DNA of 64,000 bases from an uncultured Candidatus Binatia bacterium (GTDB lineage Bacteria > Desulfobacterota > Binatia > UBA9968 > JAJDTQ01): contig OZ251459.1 of the NCBI GenBank assembly GCA_965242525.1, positions 1,920,001 through 1,984,000 of the forward strand. Reading direction: 5' to 3'. Below are positions 9,760 through 18,977 of this stretch, one piece after another (position 1 is the stretch's first letter; each line of letters starts with the position of its first letter). The notes beneath the pieces were generated by a model. The model was not told the DNA's origin, did no database searches, and saw nothing but the letters and a program-made list of their open reading frames with translations. A program made the translations under genes and the position numbers.

Positions 9760-10698
9760 TCAACCGGAGCCGGCGTCCTCCGCCGCGGCCTTGACCAGTT
9801 GGGACCGGGCGGTGTCCCGCAACTCGTCGAACCGCTCCCGGTCCACCTCGAAGTAATGGGGCCGCGCCGAGCTCTTGAGGATGTAGTGGTCGCCTTCCTC
9901 CGGGGACGCCACCGTATGCGTGACGGACGTTCCTTCCTTCAACTCGATCGTGTACTCCAGGACCCGCTCGCCCGCGTCGAAGAGCGCCTCGGCGTCCTCC
10001 CCGAGCACGTCCCGGAAGACCACTCCCGACACCCGCTCCACGAGCTTTCGGACCGCTTCCGCATCGGACTCTTCGTCCTCCCCGAGTCCTTCGACCTCGA
10101 AGACCCCTTCCTCCGCCCTCAACGCATAGGCCCCCATGTGGATGCGGGCGATGTGGTCCACCGCCGTCTTCAGGACCTCCGTGTCGTACCACCGGTCGGC
10201 GTCCACCGGGGCGTCGAAGGCGTTGAAGTCGATGGCGTAGGTGTGCTCGTCGCCGTCGAGGCGCGCGTGGACCTTGCGGAACCCCGGGGAAGAGCCCAGG
10301 AACAGGTCGCCCAGGACGTCCGCGCCCTGGAGGAACCGTATCCGCCGCTCGAAATGGTCCGGGACCACCTTGAGCCGTTTCGCCGCCGCCAGGGTCTTGC
10401 CCACCGGCCAGGACCTCTTCACGGTGAGCAGCTTCTCCTCGAACTGCTCGAACCTGGCCGGCGAGACCGGAAAGTCCCCGTGCCCGGGCAGGACCCAGCC
10501 GTCGCCCTTGCGCGTCATGCGCAGCCGCGGCTCCCCTGGCTGCTCGATGGTCACCGTATCCGCACCGGCTGCGCCCAGCGAAAGCAGCGGCTTGCCGGCT
10601 TCGACCACGCCCGCGTCGTCTCCGGGCAGGTTGACCCACACCGCCAGCCCCGCCTGGAGGATCAACGACAGCAGCAAGAGCTTGATGGTTCGGCCCAC
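9760..10698 (-). CDS. DUF4340-like periplasmic protein of the Gld-type ABC system
   Basis: N-terminal TM anchor, GSSPGFRKVHAR, position after the GldFG-like gene. Confidence 0.7.
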   Translation of the reverse strand: MGRTIKLLLLSLILQAGLAVWVNLPGDDAGVVEAGKPLLSLGAAGADTVTIEQPGEPRLRMTRKGDGWVLPGHGDFPVSPARFEQFEEKLLTVKRSWPVGKTLAAAKRLKVVPDHFERRIRFLQGADVLGDLFLGSSPGFRKVHARLDGDEHTYAIDFNAFDAPVDADRWYDTEVLKTAVDHIARIHMGAYALRAEEGVFEVEGLGEDEESDAEAVRKLVERVSGVVFRDVLGEDAEALFDAGERVLEYTIELKEGTSVTHTVASPEEGDHYILKSSARPHYFEVDRERFDELRDTARSQLVKAAAEDAGSG

Positions 10699-10732
10699 GC
10701 AGAGAACCTTTCCGTTTCGGGGGGCCCGGCCC

Positions 10733-13630
10733 TCAAGCCGCCAGCATCCCTTCGTAGCGCTCCTGGAGGCGGCGCAGGCGGTAGCGGTGCGCGCCGTAGA
10801 TCAAGAACAGGCCCAACAGGACCATGCCGTAGTTCAGGTACTCCCAGAACGCCTTCTGTTCCCGGGTCATGGGCACGAGGGTGCGCGCGAAATGGGCGCG
10901 GCTGCGGATGGACAGCAGGGCCCGGTCCTCCAACGACCAGTCCACCACGTTCTCCAGGAACTGCAACGAGTTGACGAACCGGTCGTTGGCCGCGGCGCGG
11001 GACAACTGGAGGGTCTGGTCGGTGAACGCTTCGTTGGACCCCACCAGGATGATGCGGGCGGACTCCGGGGACCTCTCGATCATGCCGGTGACCACCGGAG
11101 CGTCCTCCCCTGCCGGGGCGGCCCCCTCGGTCTCCCGTTCGGCCGGCGGCTGCTCCCCCTCCTCCCCGTCGTCCCGGGCCAGCAGCGGCGACTCCTTGTC
11201 CGCGTAGTAGGAGCGGAAGACGCCTTCCACCACCGCGGCCAGCACGTGGCCCTCGGGTTGCCCCTCCCTCTCGAAGCCGAGCTTCGGGTGGAGCTTGAAG
11301 TCTGGGTGCACCTTCAGGGATCCCGACGTCCAGGAGGCGTCGGAACTCGACAGCAGCGGAACCGCGCGGGTGGCGCCGGCCTCTTCCTCGGGAAGCGAAA
11401 GCGGCGACGCCCAACTCAGTGTCAACTGGGGCAGCCGGGCGGTAATGGGGTTGTCCCGGTTGAGCCCTTGGCCGCGCACGTCCACGAAATAGGGGTACGG
11501 CACGAACTGCAACTCGCGCACGGTGAAGGCGCCCGCGCGCCGGTTCACGTGGACCGGGAAAGGCTCGTTCTGCGGGTCCAGCACCAGGGTCTTCCGCAAC
11601 GCCACGCCGTAGTGCTCCAGCAGCGGCTCCAGGCCGGAAACGTGCCGGGCCGCGGCCAGGCCGGCCTCGGTCCGCCTCACCGTGTAGGGCGACGTGAGCA
11701 GGACCACGGAGCCGCCCTTCATGAGGAACTGGTCCACGGCGAACCGCTGCTTCGGCTCCAACCCCTCGGGCGCCGCCAGCAACAACAGGTCCACGTCCTC
11801 CGGCGCGAGGCCGGACTTCAGGTCCGCCCCGACCAGGTGGTAGTTCTCCCGCAGCTTCTGCTCCAGGAACCGGAACTGCCGGGCCTGGGGAGCGCCGCGC
11901 CGGGGCGGCTGCGGCGGCGGTCCATGGAACCCGATGGTCTTGATGAAGCCCGGCGCGAACCTCCGCAGGGCGGCTTCGATGCTCCGTCTGGCGGCCTCCC
12001 CGGTCAGCTTTCCGGGCAGGGGCACCTGCACCGTGGAGCCGTTGCTCTTCATGACCATGTAGAAGTAGAACCGCTTTGGGTCGAAGGGTCCCGCGGCCAT
12101 GGGGCGGAACCCGTACCGGTCGGCGAGCTGCCTGGCGACCTCCCCTCCCCCGGCCTCGGGATCCACGATGGCGTACCGGAACTTGCCGCCGGACTCCTCG
12201 CGCAGCGCGTCCAGGGATCTCGCCAGTTCCGTCCGGAAGGCCGCCATGGACCCGGGCAGCTTCTCTTCGGACGAGATGAAACCCTCGAACTCCACCGCTC
12301 GTTCGATACCGGCGAACAACGCTCCGATGTCCTGGAAGCCGTACAGCACCCTCTTGATGCTTCGGGCCAAGTCGTACTCCAGGTTCCGCAAACGCACTTC
12401 CGTGCCGCTCCGGCCTCCCTTGACCTCGATCAGGTCCGGGAACCGCAGCACTTCGTGCTTGTCGCCGTACTGGATCAGCAGGTCGAAGTAGGAATTGACC
12501 AGCGAGGTCTGGTAACGGTCCTCGGTGCGCAACGGGATCGGCCGTATGTCGTAGCGCTGGTTGGCTTCCTCCTCGACGTCGGGGTCTTCCCGCGGGTCCA
12601 CGAACTCGGCGCGCACCCGGCCCCCGCTGACGGTCTCGATCTCGCGGACCGTGTCCCGGATGCGGGGCGCCAGCGGCGCCAGCAACGGATGGGTGCGCGC
12701 GCTGAAATACCCCCGGATGAGCAGCGGCTCCTGCAACTGGGCGATGAGGTCGCGGGTGGCCTCGGAGATGGAGTAGTCCCTTCCTTCGGTGAGGTCCGCC
12801 CGCGCGGCCACGACCCGGTGGAGCCAGAAGTTGGCCAGGACGAAGTTGAGCGCCACCAGCGCCGTCACCGTCCGCCAGGCCCGGTGGCGCGGCCTCTGCC
12901 CCTCCCTCGACCATCGCAGCCGCTCCAGGGAGAAGACGTTCAGGGTGACGAAGACCCCGACGATGCTCAGGTAGTAATAGACGTCCCGGAGGTCGAGGAC
13001 GCCCCGGGTGATGGACTCGAAACGGACGCCCGTGGCCGCCAGGCCCAGGTATTCGGCCCAGCGGACCCCCACCAGTCCGCTCAGGGTATGGGCGCCCACC
13101 AGGTAGAAGGCGAAGCCCGCCAGAGTGGTGAGGATGAGGCTCGCGATCTGGCTCTCGTTCCGGGAACTGACGTAGAGGCCGATGGAGCAGTAGGCGGCCG
13201 CCAACAGCAGCGAAGCCGTGTAGGCCCCCAGCACCGGGCCCCAGTCCAGGTCGCCCATGAAGGAGACGGTCACCGGGACCCCCGCCGTCAGCGCCAGCGC
13301 CACCGCCACCAGGCCCAGGCATGCCAGGAATTTGCCCAGCACCAGGTGGAGGGTCTTCACCGGCATGGTGAAGAGGAACTCCAGGGTCTCCATGCGCCTT
13401 TCTTCGCTCCACATCCTCATGGTCAGGGCCGCGCTGAGGAAGATGAGCAGGATCGGCATCCACTCGAACAGCGGCCTCGCGTCCACGATGTTCCGCGCAA
13501 AGAACTGCTCGACCCAGAAGAAGAGGAACAGGCACACCGCGGAGAACGCCCCCAGGAAGATGAACGCCGCGGGGGACGAGAAATAGGTGGAAAGCTCCTT
13601 CCTTGCGATGCTCCAGACGCTACTCGACAT
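10733..13630 (-). CDS. Fused GldF-like ABC permease and GldG-like auxiliary domain
   Basis: IARKELSTYFSSP, LTMRMWSEERR, RADLTEGRDYSIS, RNLEYDLAR, VDQFLMKGG, ENVVDWSLED. Confidence 0.85.
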   Translation of the reverse strand: MSSSVWSIARKELSTYFSSPAAFIFLGAFSAVCLFLFFWVEQFFARNIVDARPLFEWMPILLIFLSAALTMRMWSEERRMETLEFLFTMPVKTLHLVLGKFLACLGLVAVALALTAGVPVTVSFMGDLDWGPVLGAYTASLLLAAAYCSIGLYVSSRNESQIASLILTTLAGFAFYLVGAHTLSGLVGVRWAEYLGLAATGVRFESITRGVLDLRDVYYYLSIVGVFVTLNVFSLERLRWSREGQRPRHRAWRTVTALVALNFVLANFWLHRVVAARADLTEGRDYSISEATRDLIAQLQEPLLIRGYFSARTHPLLAPLAPRIRDTVREIETVSGGRVRAEFVDPREDPDVEEEANQRYDIRPIPLRTEDRYQTSLVNSYFDLLIQYGDKHEVLRFPDLIEVKGGRSGTEVRLRNLEYDLARSIKRVLYGFQDIGALFAGIERAVEFEGFISSEEKLPGSMAAFRTELARSLDALREESGGKFRYAIVDPEAGGGEVARQLADRYGFRPMAAGPFDPKRFYFYMVMKSNGSTVQVPLPGKLTGEAARRSIEAALRRFAPGFIKTIGFHGPPPQPPRRGAPQARQFRFLEQKLRENYHLVGADLKSGLAPEDVDLLLLAAPEGLEPKQRFAVDQFLMKGGSVVLLTSPYTVRRTEAGLAAARHVSGLEPLLEHYGVALRKTLVLDPQNEPFPVHVNRRAGAFTVRELQFVPYPYFVDVRGQGLNRDNPITARLPQLTLSWASPLSLPEEEAGATRAVPLLSSSDASWTSGSLKVHPDFKLHPKLGFEREGQPEGHVLAAVVEGVFRSYYADKESPLLARDDGEEGEQPPAERETEGAAPAGEDAPVVTGMIERSPESARIILVGSNEAFTDQTLQLSRAAANDRFVNSLQFLENVVDWSLEDRALLSIRSRAHFARTLVPMTREQKAFWEYLNYGMVLLGLFLIYGAHRYRLRRLQERYEGMLAA

Positions 13631-14552
13631 GGCCGCCCTGCTCTCCCGCTTCACGGAACACGGTTTCCAGCGTACGCGCCTCCTCGCTCATGCGATGCAG
13701 ATCCCAGCCCCGTTCCACCGCGGTCCGGGCAACCCCGGGCGCCACCTCGGCCGCGGGGGCGTCGAGATCCAGGCCGTAGCTCCCGGGGCCCGGCCCGTCC
13801 GCCGGGGTGACCCGGACCACTCCCGGGATCTCCCGGAGCCGCTCGGCCGCGTCGTCGGACGGGTTCCCGAGCCCCACCGCCAGCCGGTTGGACTGCCGCA
13901 GATCGCTCAGCCGGGCGTCCACCGCGATGCGTCCCCGGGCCATGATGATCACCCGTTCGCAGACCGCCTCCACCTCCTGGAGGATATGCGTGGAGACGAT
14001 GATGGTGGCGCCCTGGCTCAGGTCCCTCACCAGCGACCGCATCTGGAAGATCTGCGAAGGGTCCAGGCCGTTGGTGGGCTCGTCGAGGATCAGGATCTCC
14101 GGCTCGTGCACGATGGCCTGGGCCACCCCCAGCCTCTGCTTGTAGCCCTTGGAGAGCGTGCCCACCGGGTCCAGGGCCCGGTCGGCCAACCACGTCCGCT
14201 CCAGCGCCCGCCTGAGCGCCTCGGCCCGGCGGCCGTCCGGGACCCCGCGCAGGTCGGCGACGTACTCCAGGTAGCCCACCACCGACATGTCCGGGTAGAG
14301 CGGCACGTTCTCGGACAGGTAGCCCAGCTTGCGCTGGATGCGCAGGCGCGCTTCGGAGACCGCCATGCCGTCGATGGATATGGACCCCGCGGTAGGCTCC
14401 ATGTAGCCGGTGAGCAGGCGCATGACCGTGGTCTTTCCGGCGCCGTTGTGCCCCAGGAGACCCACCACCTCCCCCTTGCGGATGGAGAAGGAGACGTCGT
14501 CCACCGCGGTCAGGTCGCCGTACTTTCGGGTGAGGCCCGCTACCTCTATCAA
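13620..14552 (-). CDS. ABC transporter ATP-binding protein (GldA-like)
   Basis: [35 protein letters not shown]. Confidence 0.92.
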   Translation of the reverse strand: MIEVAGLTRKYGDLTAVDDVSFSIRKGEVVGLLGHNGAGKTTVMRLLTGYMEPTAGSISIDGMAVSEARLRIQRKLGYLSENVPLYPDMSVVGYLEYVADLRGVPDGRRAEALRRALERTWLADRALDPVGTLSKGYKQRLGVAQAIVHEPEILILDEPTNGLDPSQIFQMRSLVRDLSQGATIIVSTHILQEVEAVCERVIIMARGRIAVDARLSDLRQSNRLAVGLGNPSDDAAERLREIPGVVRVTPADGPGPGSYGLDLDAPAAEVAPGVARTAVERGWDLHRMSEEARTLETVFREAGEQGGHVE

Positions 14553-14809
14553 ACTGCGCCCTCCCGGCCCGCGCCGTTCATGGATCCTCCGAGATGGGTT
14601 CCCCGGGTTCCCGGAGCGAGACCGGGGATTTTAACAGATACGATGACGGGGGGCGAACTACGGAGGCGAACCGATGGCCGAACGGGGGGCGGGGAGGCCT
14701 TCGGCACGGCGGACCCGCCGCCTCCGGCCCTGCGGGCCGCAAGGAGCGCCATGCCAAAGATCGCACGGAAAACAGCCTCGACGGGAACTCCCTCCCCGGC
14801 CATCCTTCG

Positions 14810-15304
14810 TCAACGCAAGTTCCTGGGAAAGTCGAACAGCGCCTCGGCGCCGCGGGCGTACCCCACCGCGGGCCAGACGTCCGTCTCGAACCCCAGGTGC
14901 AGCACGCCGCAGGTGGGCAGGTTGGGGATCGGCCGCGGCCCCAGGTGGTTGGCGAGCTCGGTCAGCCCGGGGTTGTGGCCGAACAGCATCAACGTCGCCG
15001 CCGACTCGTCCACGCCGCGGACCACATGGAGCAGGTCGGCGACGCCGGCGCCGTAGAGACGTTCTTCCACCGCGATGCTCCCGTGCGCATAACCGAGTTT
15101 CCCGGCGATGATCCGCGCCGTCTCCAACGCCCGCACCGCAGGGCTCGACACGATCCGGTCGGGCCGGTACCCGCGCCGCGCAAGCCGGGTTCCCATCTCG
15201 GGCGCGTCCCGCTTCCCCCGTTCGTTGAGGGGCCTGTCACGGTCGTCCAGGGCAGCGTCCTTCCAGCTCGACTTGGCGTGCCGCACGAGGATCAACTCTT
15301 TCAT
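14810..15304 (-). CDS. SixA-like histidine phosphatase
   Basis: LVRHAKSSW, DRPLNERG, SSPAVRALETA, GHNPGL. Confidence 0.9.
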   Translation of the reverse strand: MKELILVRHAKSSWKDAALDDRDRPLNERGKRDAPEMGTRLARRGYRPDRIVSSPAVRALETARIIAGKLGYAHGSIAVEERLYGAGVADLLHVVRGVDESAATLMLFGHNPGLTELANHLGPRPIPNLPTCGVLHLGFETDVWPAVGYARGAEALFDFPRNLR

Positions 15305-15356
15305 ACGACCTCTGACGCTTCAGGAATTCGCGTGGGTTGTGACGCTCCCTCTCCCG

Positions 15357-16541
15357 TCATCCCCGCGAAAGCCTCGCCTCGTCATTCCCCGCGCCGCGCA
15401 ACGGCCGCTCCCACTGCGCAAGGTCGGCCTCGCCATCGAAACGATAGTCCTCGACGACCTCGGGATCCAGGGTAACCCCCAGCCCCGGCGCATCGGGAGG
15501 GCGCAGGAAGCCGTTGTCCGGCTCCAGGCGCTCCCTCAGCAGGCGGCTCCGGAGCGGGTTCTCGTTGTATTCGAACTCCATCACCGCCATGACGTCCAGG
15601 GCCGCGGCCAAGTGCAGGCTCGCGGCCAGGGCAACGCCGTCTCCATAGGTGTGGAGCGAGAGCGGAAGGCCCCGCCGGGCCGCGTCCGCGGCAATGGCGC
15701 GCACCTCGCTGACGCCGCCGGCCCGGGCCACGTCCGGCTGCAGGACGTCCACCGCGTCCCGCGCCATGAACGATTCGAACGCGAAACGGGTATGGAGGTT
15801 CTCCCCCAGGGCCACGGGCACTCCCGTACGGGCCTTGAGTTGCGCGTGGCCGTCCACGTCCTCCAGGAACAACGGCTCTTCCAGCCAACCCACGCCGAGG
15901 TCCTCGAAGGCGGACGCGGCCGCCAGGGCCGCGTCCAGGTCATACCCCATGTTGGCGTCGGTCATGAGCGGGAAATCGGCGCCCAGGGCCGACCTCACCG
16001 CGGCCACCCTCTCGATGTCCCGGGCGAGGTCGAAACCCACCTTGATCTTGATGCCGTGGAAACCCTGTCGGGCCAGGGTCTCGGCCTTCTCCACCGTCGC
16101 CGCGGTCTCTTCGGGGTACAGCGCGGTGGCATAGACCTCCACCCGGTCCCGGCGCTTGCCCCCCAGCAGCTCGTACAGCGGCGCTCCCTCCACCTTGCCC
16201 CGGATGTCCCACAGGGCCGTGTCCACGCCGCTGAGGGCCACCACCCCGACCCCTCTGGAGCCGAAGGCGCGGACGCCGGCGCCGAAATAGCCTTTGCGCC
16301 AGACCTCGTCGATGGCCAGCGGGTCCATGCCCACCAGAAGGGGCTTCAGCACCCGGGCGACGACGGTTTCCAGGAGGACGCCGTTGCCCGAGCACGAGCC
16401 CACTCCCGTGACCCCCTCGTCGGTATGGACCTCCACCAGCAACGCGTAGCGATGGGTGCGCACACCGGTGCGGCTCCGCACCTGACCGTGGACGGTCAGC
16501 GGCGCGCGCAGCCTCAGTGTCCTCACGTCCGTGATCTTCAT
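15357..16541 (-). CDS. Mandelate racemase / muconate lactonising enzyme family protein
   Basis: MKITDVRT start, SGVDTALWDIRGK, KIKVG, DAN, WLEEP, GENL, LQPDV. Confidence 0.9.
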   Translation of the reverse strand: MKITDVRTLRLRAPLTVHGQVRSRTGVRTHRYALLVEVHTDEGVTGVGSCSGNGVLLETVVARVLKPLLVGMDPLAIDEVWRKGYFGAGVRAFGSRGVGVVALSGVDTALWDIRGKVEGAPLYELLGGKRRDRVEVYATALYPEETAATVEKAETLARQGFHGIKIKVGFDLARDIERVAAVRSALGADFPLMTDANMGYDLDAALAAASAFEDLGVGWLEEPLFLEDVDGHAQLKARTGVPVALGENLHTRFAFESFMARDAVDVLQPDVARAGGVSEVRAIAADAARRGLPLSLHTYGDGVALAASLHLAAALDVMAVMEFEYNENPLRSRLLRERLEPDNGFLRPPDAPGLGVTLDPEVVEDYRFDGEADLAQWERPLRGAGNDEARLSRG

Positions 16542-16574
16542 CCGGGTCCCCGCGGGCGGGGCCGCCCCCGCGCC

Positions 16575-16604
16575 TTGACACCCCCGCTCGGACGGCAGTA
16601 GATT
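16575..16604 (+). promoter_or_regulatory. Sigma70-type promoter for the dehydrogenase-crotonase unit
   Basis: TTGACA (16575-16580), 18-nt spacer, TAGATT (16599-16604). Confidence 0.5.
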
Positions 16605-16655
16605 TCCCGAAGGACGCCGCCCGACGGACGTCATTGAGCCACATTTGGAGTCGCC

Positions 16656-17681
16656 ATGCAAAGCAACAAGGTATGCATCCCGGCGCCGCACAAGCTCTCG
16701 GTGGGGCGGGACATGCTGGAGGAAGCGGGCTGCGAGCTCGTGCTGGGGATGGACCAGGACGAGTTCCCCAGGCACCGCTACACGGAAGACGAGCTGGTGG
16801 AGCTCATCGGCGACAGCGACGCCCTGTGGGCGGCCCAGCGGGACCTGTTCACCCGCCCGGTGCTGGCCCGGTGCCCCAGGCTGCGGGCGGTGGTCAAGGC
16901 CGCCATCGGCTACGAGACCATCGACGTGGACGCCGCCACCGAGCTCGGCATCCTGGTATGCAACAGCCCGGCCCGGGAGAACTTCACCGGCGTGGCGGAG
17001 GCCACGGTCGGGCTCATCTCCATGCTCTTCAAACGGCTGGCCCACAACCAGCAACTCCTGCGCGAGGGGCGCTGGAAGCGGAACGAGCACCGCGGCAGCC
17101 TCATGGCGGGACGCACCATCGGCATCGTCGGCCTGGGACGGGTGGGCAGGGAGACCGCCAAGCGCCTGGGCCCCTGGGAGATGCGGCTCATGGGCTGCGA
17201 CCCCTACATAACCCAAGAGTCCGTGCAGTCCCTGGGCGTGGAACTGGTCTCGCTGGACACGGTGCTCCGGAAATCCGACCTCGTGACCTTCCACGTGCCC
17301 CTGACCGAAGAGACGCGCCGCCTCGTCACCCTGACCGAGCTCCACAAGATGAAACCCACCGCCTACCTGGTGAACACGTCGCGGGGCGGCGTGATCAAGC
17401 AGGACGACCTGGTCCGGGCCCTGAACGACGGGGTCATCGCCGGCGCCGCCCTGGACGTCTTCGAGGAAGAGCCGCTGCCCATGTCGGACCCCCTCCGCGA
17501 AGTGGATCCCGAGCGGCTGATCATGACCCCGCACATCATCGGCACCAACCCCCAGTCCCAGGTCACGGGCGAGCGCATGGCGGCCCGGAGCATCCTCGCG
17601 GTGCTGGCGGGCCAAGCGCCCGAGACCGTGGTGAACCCCGAGTGCGTGGACGCTTGGCGGGAGCGGTTCGCCGCCTCTTGA
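16656..17681 (+). CDS. D-2-hydroxyacid dehydrogenase family (SerA-like)
   Basis: GIVGLGRVG, FHVPLT, LVNTSRGG, AALDVFEEEP, TPHI. Confidence 0.9.
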   Translation: MQSNKVCIPAPHKLSVGRDMLEEAGCELVLGMDQDEFPRHRYTEDELVELIGDSDALWAAQRDLFTRPVLARCPRLRAVVKAAIGYETIDVDAATELGILVCNSPARENFTGVAEATVGLISMLFKRLAHNQQLLREGRWKRNEHRGSLMAGRTIGIVGLGRVGRETAKRLGPWEMRLMGCDPYITQESVQSLGVELVSLDTVLRKSDLVTFHVPLTEETRRLVTLTELHKMKPTAYLVNTSRGGVIKQDDLVRALNDGVIAGAALDVFEEEPLPMSDPLREVDPERLIMTPHIIGTNPQSQVTGERMAARSILAVLAGQAPETVVNPECVDAWRERFAAS

Positions 17682-17757
17682 GCGCACGCTTTACCCACGT
17701 CGCATCAACCGCGGCCCCCGGGAAAAGGCGGGGACCGAGCAGGATTGGAGGAGGCCC

Positions 17758-18576
17758 GTGCCGGACAAGGAATGCATCATCGAGGAGATCTCCGAGGAGC
17801 AGGGCATCGCGTGGATCACCCTCAACCGCCCGGAGCGGAAGAACGCCCTGAGCCGGAAGCTGCTGCGCGAGTTGGCCGACAGTCTCGAGGCCCTGGCCGA
17901 CAACGGCGACATCCGCTGCATCGTCACCACCGGGGCCGGGAACGCCTACAGCTCGGGGCTGGACCTGTACGACCTGCGGACGGCTTGGCAGGGCAAGCGG
18001 CGGCTCTACGAAGGCGGCTCGGCGCGGGAGATCGTCACGCTGTTGCGCCAGTGCCCGCAGGTCACGGTGGCCGCGGTCAACGGCTGGGCCCTGGGGGGCG
18101 GGCTGGTGCTGGTGAACGGCCATGACCTGGCCATCGCCGCGGACACCGCGCAGTTCGGCATGCCGGAGATCATCCGCGGGAGCTACGGCGCCACCGCCAC
18201 GCCGACCCTCTTCCGCAGCGGCATCCCCTTCAAGAAGGCGTTCTACATCCAGCTCACCGGCGAGAACATCGCCGGGGTCGAGGCCGAGCGCCTCGGGCTG
18301 GTGTCCAGGACCGTGCCGGAGAAGGACCTGATCCCCTTCGTCCGGGACTTCGCCGCCACCATCGCCAGCCGCCACCCGGTGACCCTGGAGCACGCCAAGA
18401 TCGCCGCCTACACCGCCATGGACCTGGACAACCACCGCGGGCTGCTGGTGGACGAGATCATATCCCACCGCATGCGCGTCTATACCAACCCCCTGAACGA
18501 CGTGGAGGGCTACCTCCAGTCCCAGAAAGGCGGCGGCAACGCGGCCTACGAGAAGCCGGACGCGAAGAAGTCGTAG
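17758..18576 (+). CDS. Enoyl-CoA hydratase/isomerase family protein
   Basis: ITLNRPERKNAL, SSGLDL, AAVNGWALGGG, FGMPEI. Confidence 0.9.
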   Translation: MPDKECIIEEISEEQGIAWITLNRPERKNALSRKLLRELADSLEALADNGDIRCIVTTGAGNAYSSGLDLYDLRTAWQGKRRLYEGGSAREIVTLLRQCPQVTVAAVNGWALGGGLVLVNGHDLAIAADTAQFGMPEIIRGSYGATATPTLFRSGIPFKKAFYIQLTGENIAGVEAERLGLVSRTVPEKDLIPFVRDFAATIASRHPVTLEHAKIAAYTAMDLDNHRGLLVDEIISHRMRVYTNPLNDVEGYLQSQKGGGNAAYEKPDAKKS

Positions 18577-18584
18577 CCGTTGAC

Positions 18585-18977
18585 CTATGCAACCCCTTCC
18601 CTGGACGCCGCACTCGCCAGTTTCCTGTCGAGACCCACGAACCTTGCCCGCCGGCGTTTCGCCGTCTCCACGTAGGCTGCGTCGTAGGCGGTCAGGCCGT
18701 GACGCCTTGCCAGTACCGGTATCTCCCTGTCATCCTGGCGGTCGTCGGTGACGAACCGAAGGTTGCGGAGTCGGCCGAGGTGTGCTTCCGCCGCCTCTGC
18801 CTCGATCCGCTTCCTTCGTTCGGCAACGACCAGGACGTTGCGCATCTCGTGCCAGAAGATCCCGGGCACGACGGCCGTTTCGGTCCGCATTCGCTCGATC
18901 ATCCTGTCCGCAATGGCGATGCCTTCCGGCTCCCTCAGACACCAAGCCGCCGCCAACGAAGCATCCACCACGATCAT
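18585..18977 (-). CDS. vapC: VapC-family PIN domain toxin
   Basis: MIVVDAS, FWHEMRNVL, LTAYDAAY, LDRKL: the conserved acidic PIN residues are present; ATGA overlap with the res stop. Confidence 0.9.
   Translation of the reverse strand: MIVVDASLAAAWCLREPEGIAIADRMIERMRTETAVVPGIFWHEMRNVLVVAERRKRIEAEAAEAHLGRLRNLRFVTDDRQDDREIPVLARRHGLTAYDAAYVETAKRRRARFVGLDRKLASAASREGVA

Noticed and set aside
10241-13810. 1189-aa plus-strand ORF, and similar long ORFs at 26303-30490, 48308-51940, 4547-7045 and 2749-4779
   Set aside because: These are antisense shadows of well-supported minus-strand genes. High GC3 suppresses stops on the opposite strand, and they contain no recognisable motifs.
14553-14809. GC-rich intergenic region as an ncRNA or an 84-aa ORF
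   Set aside because: No recognisable RNA motif, and the ORF has no protein-like features. Only a possible -10 box (TAAAAT) for the ABC operon is visible.
15356-15395. GTCATCCCCGCGAAAGC / GTCATTCCCCGCG, resembling half of a REP/RS3-like palindrome
   Set aside because: The second arm is missing and I saw no other copy in the window. It overlaps the end of a CDS.
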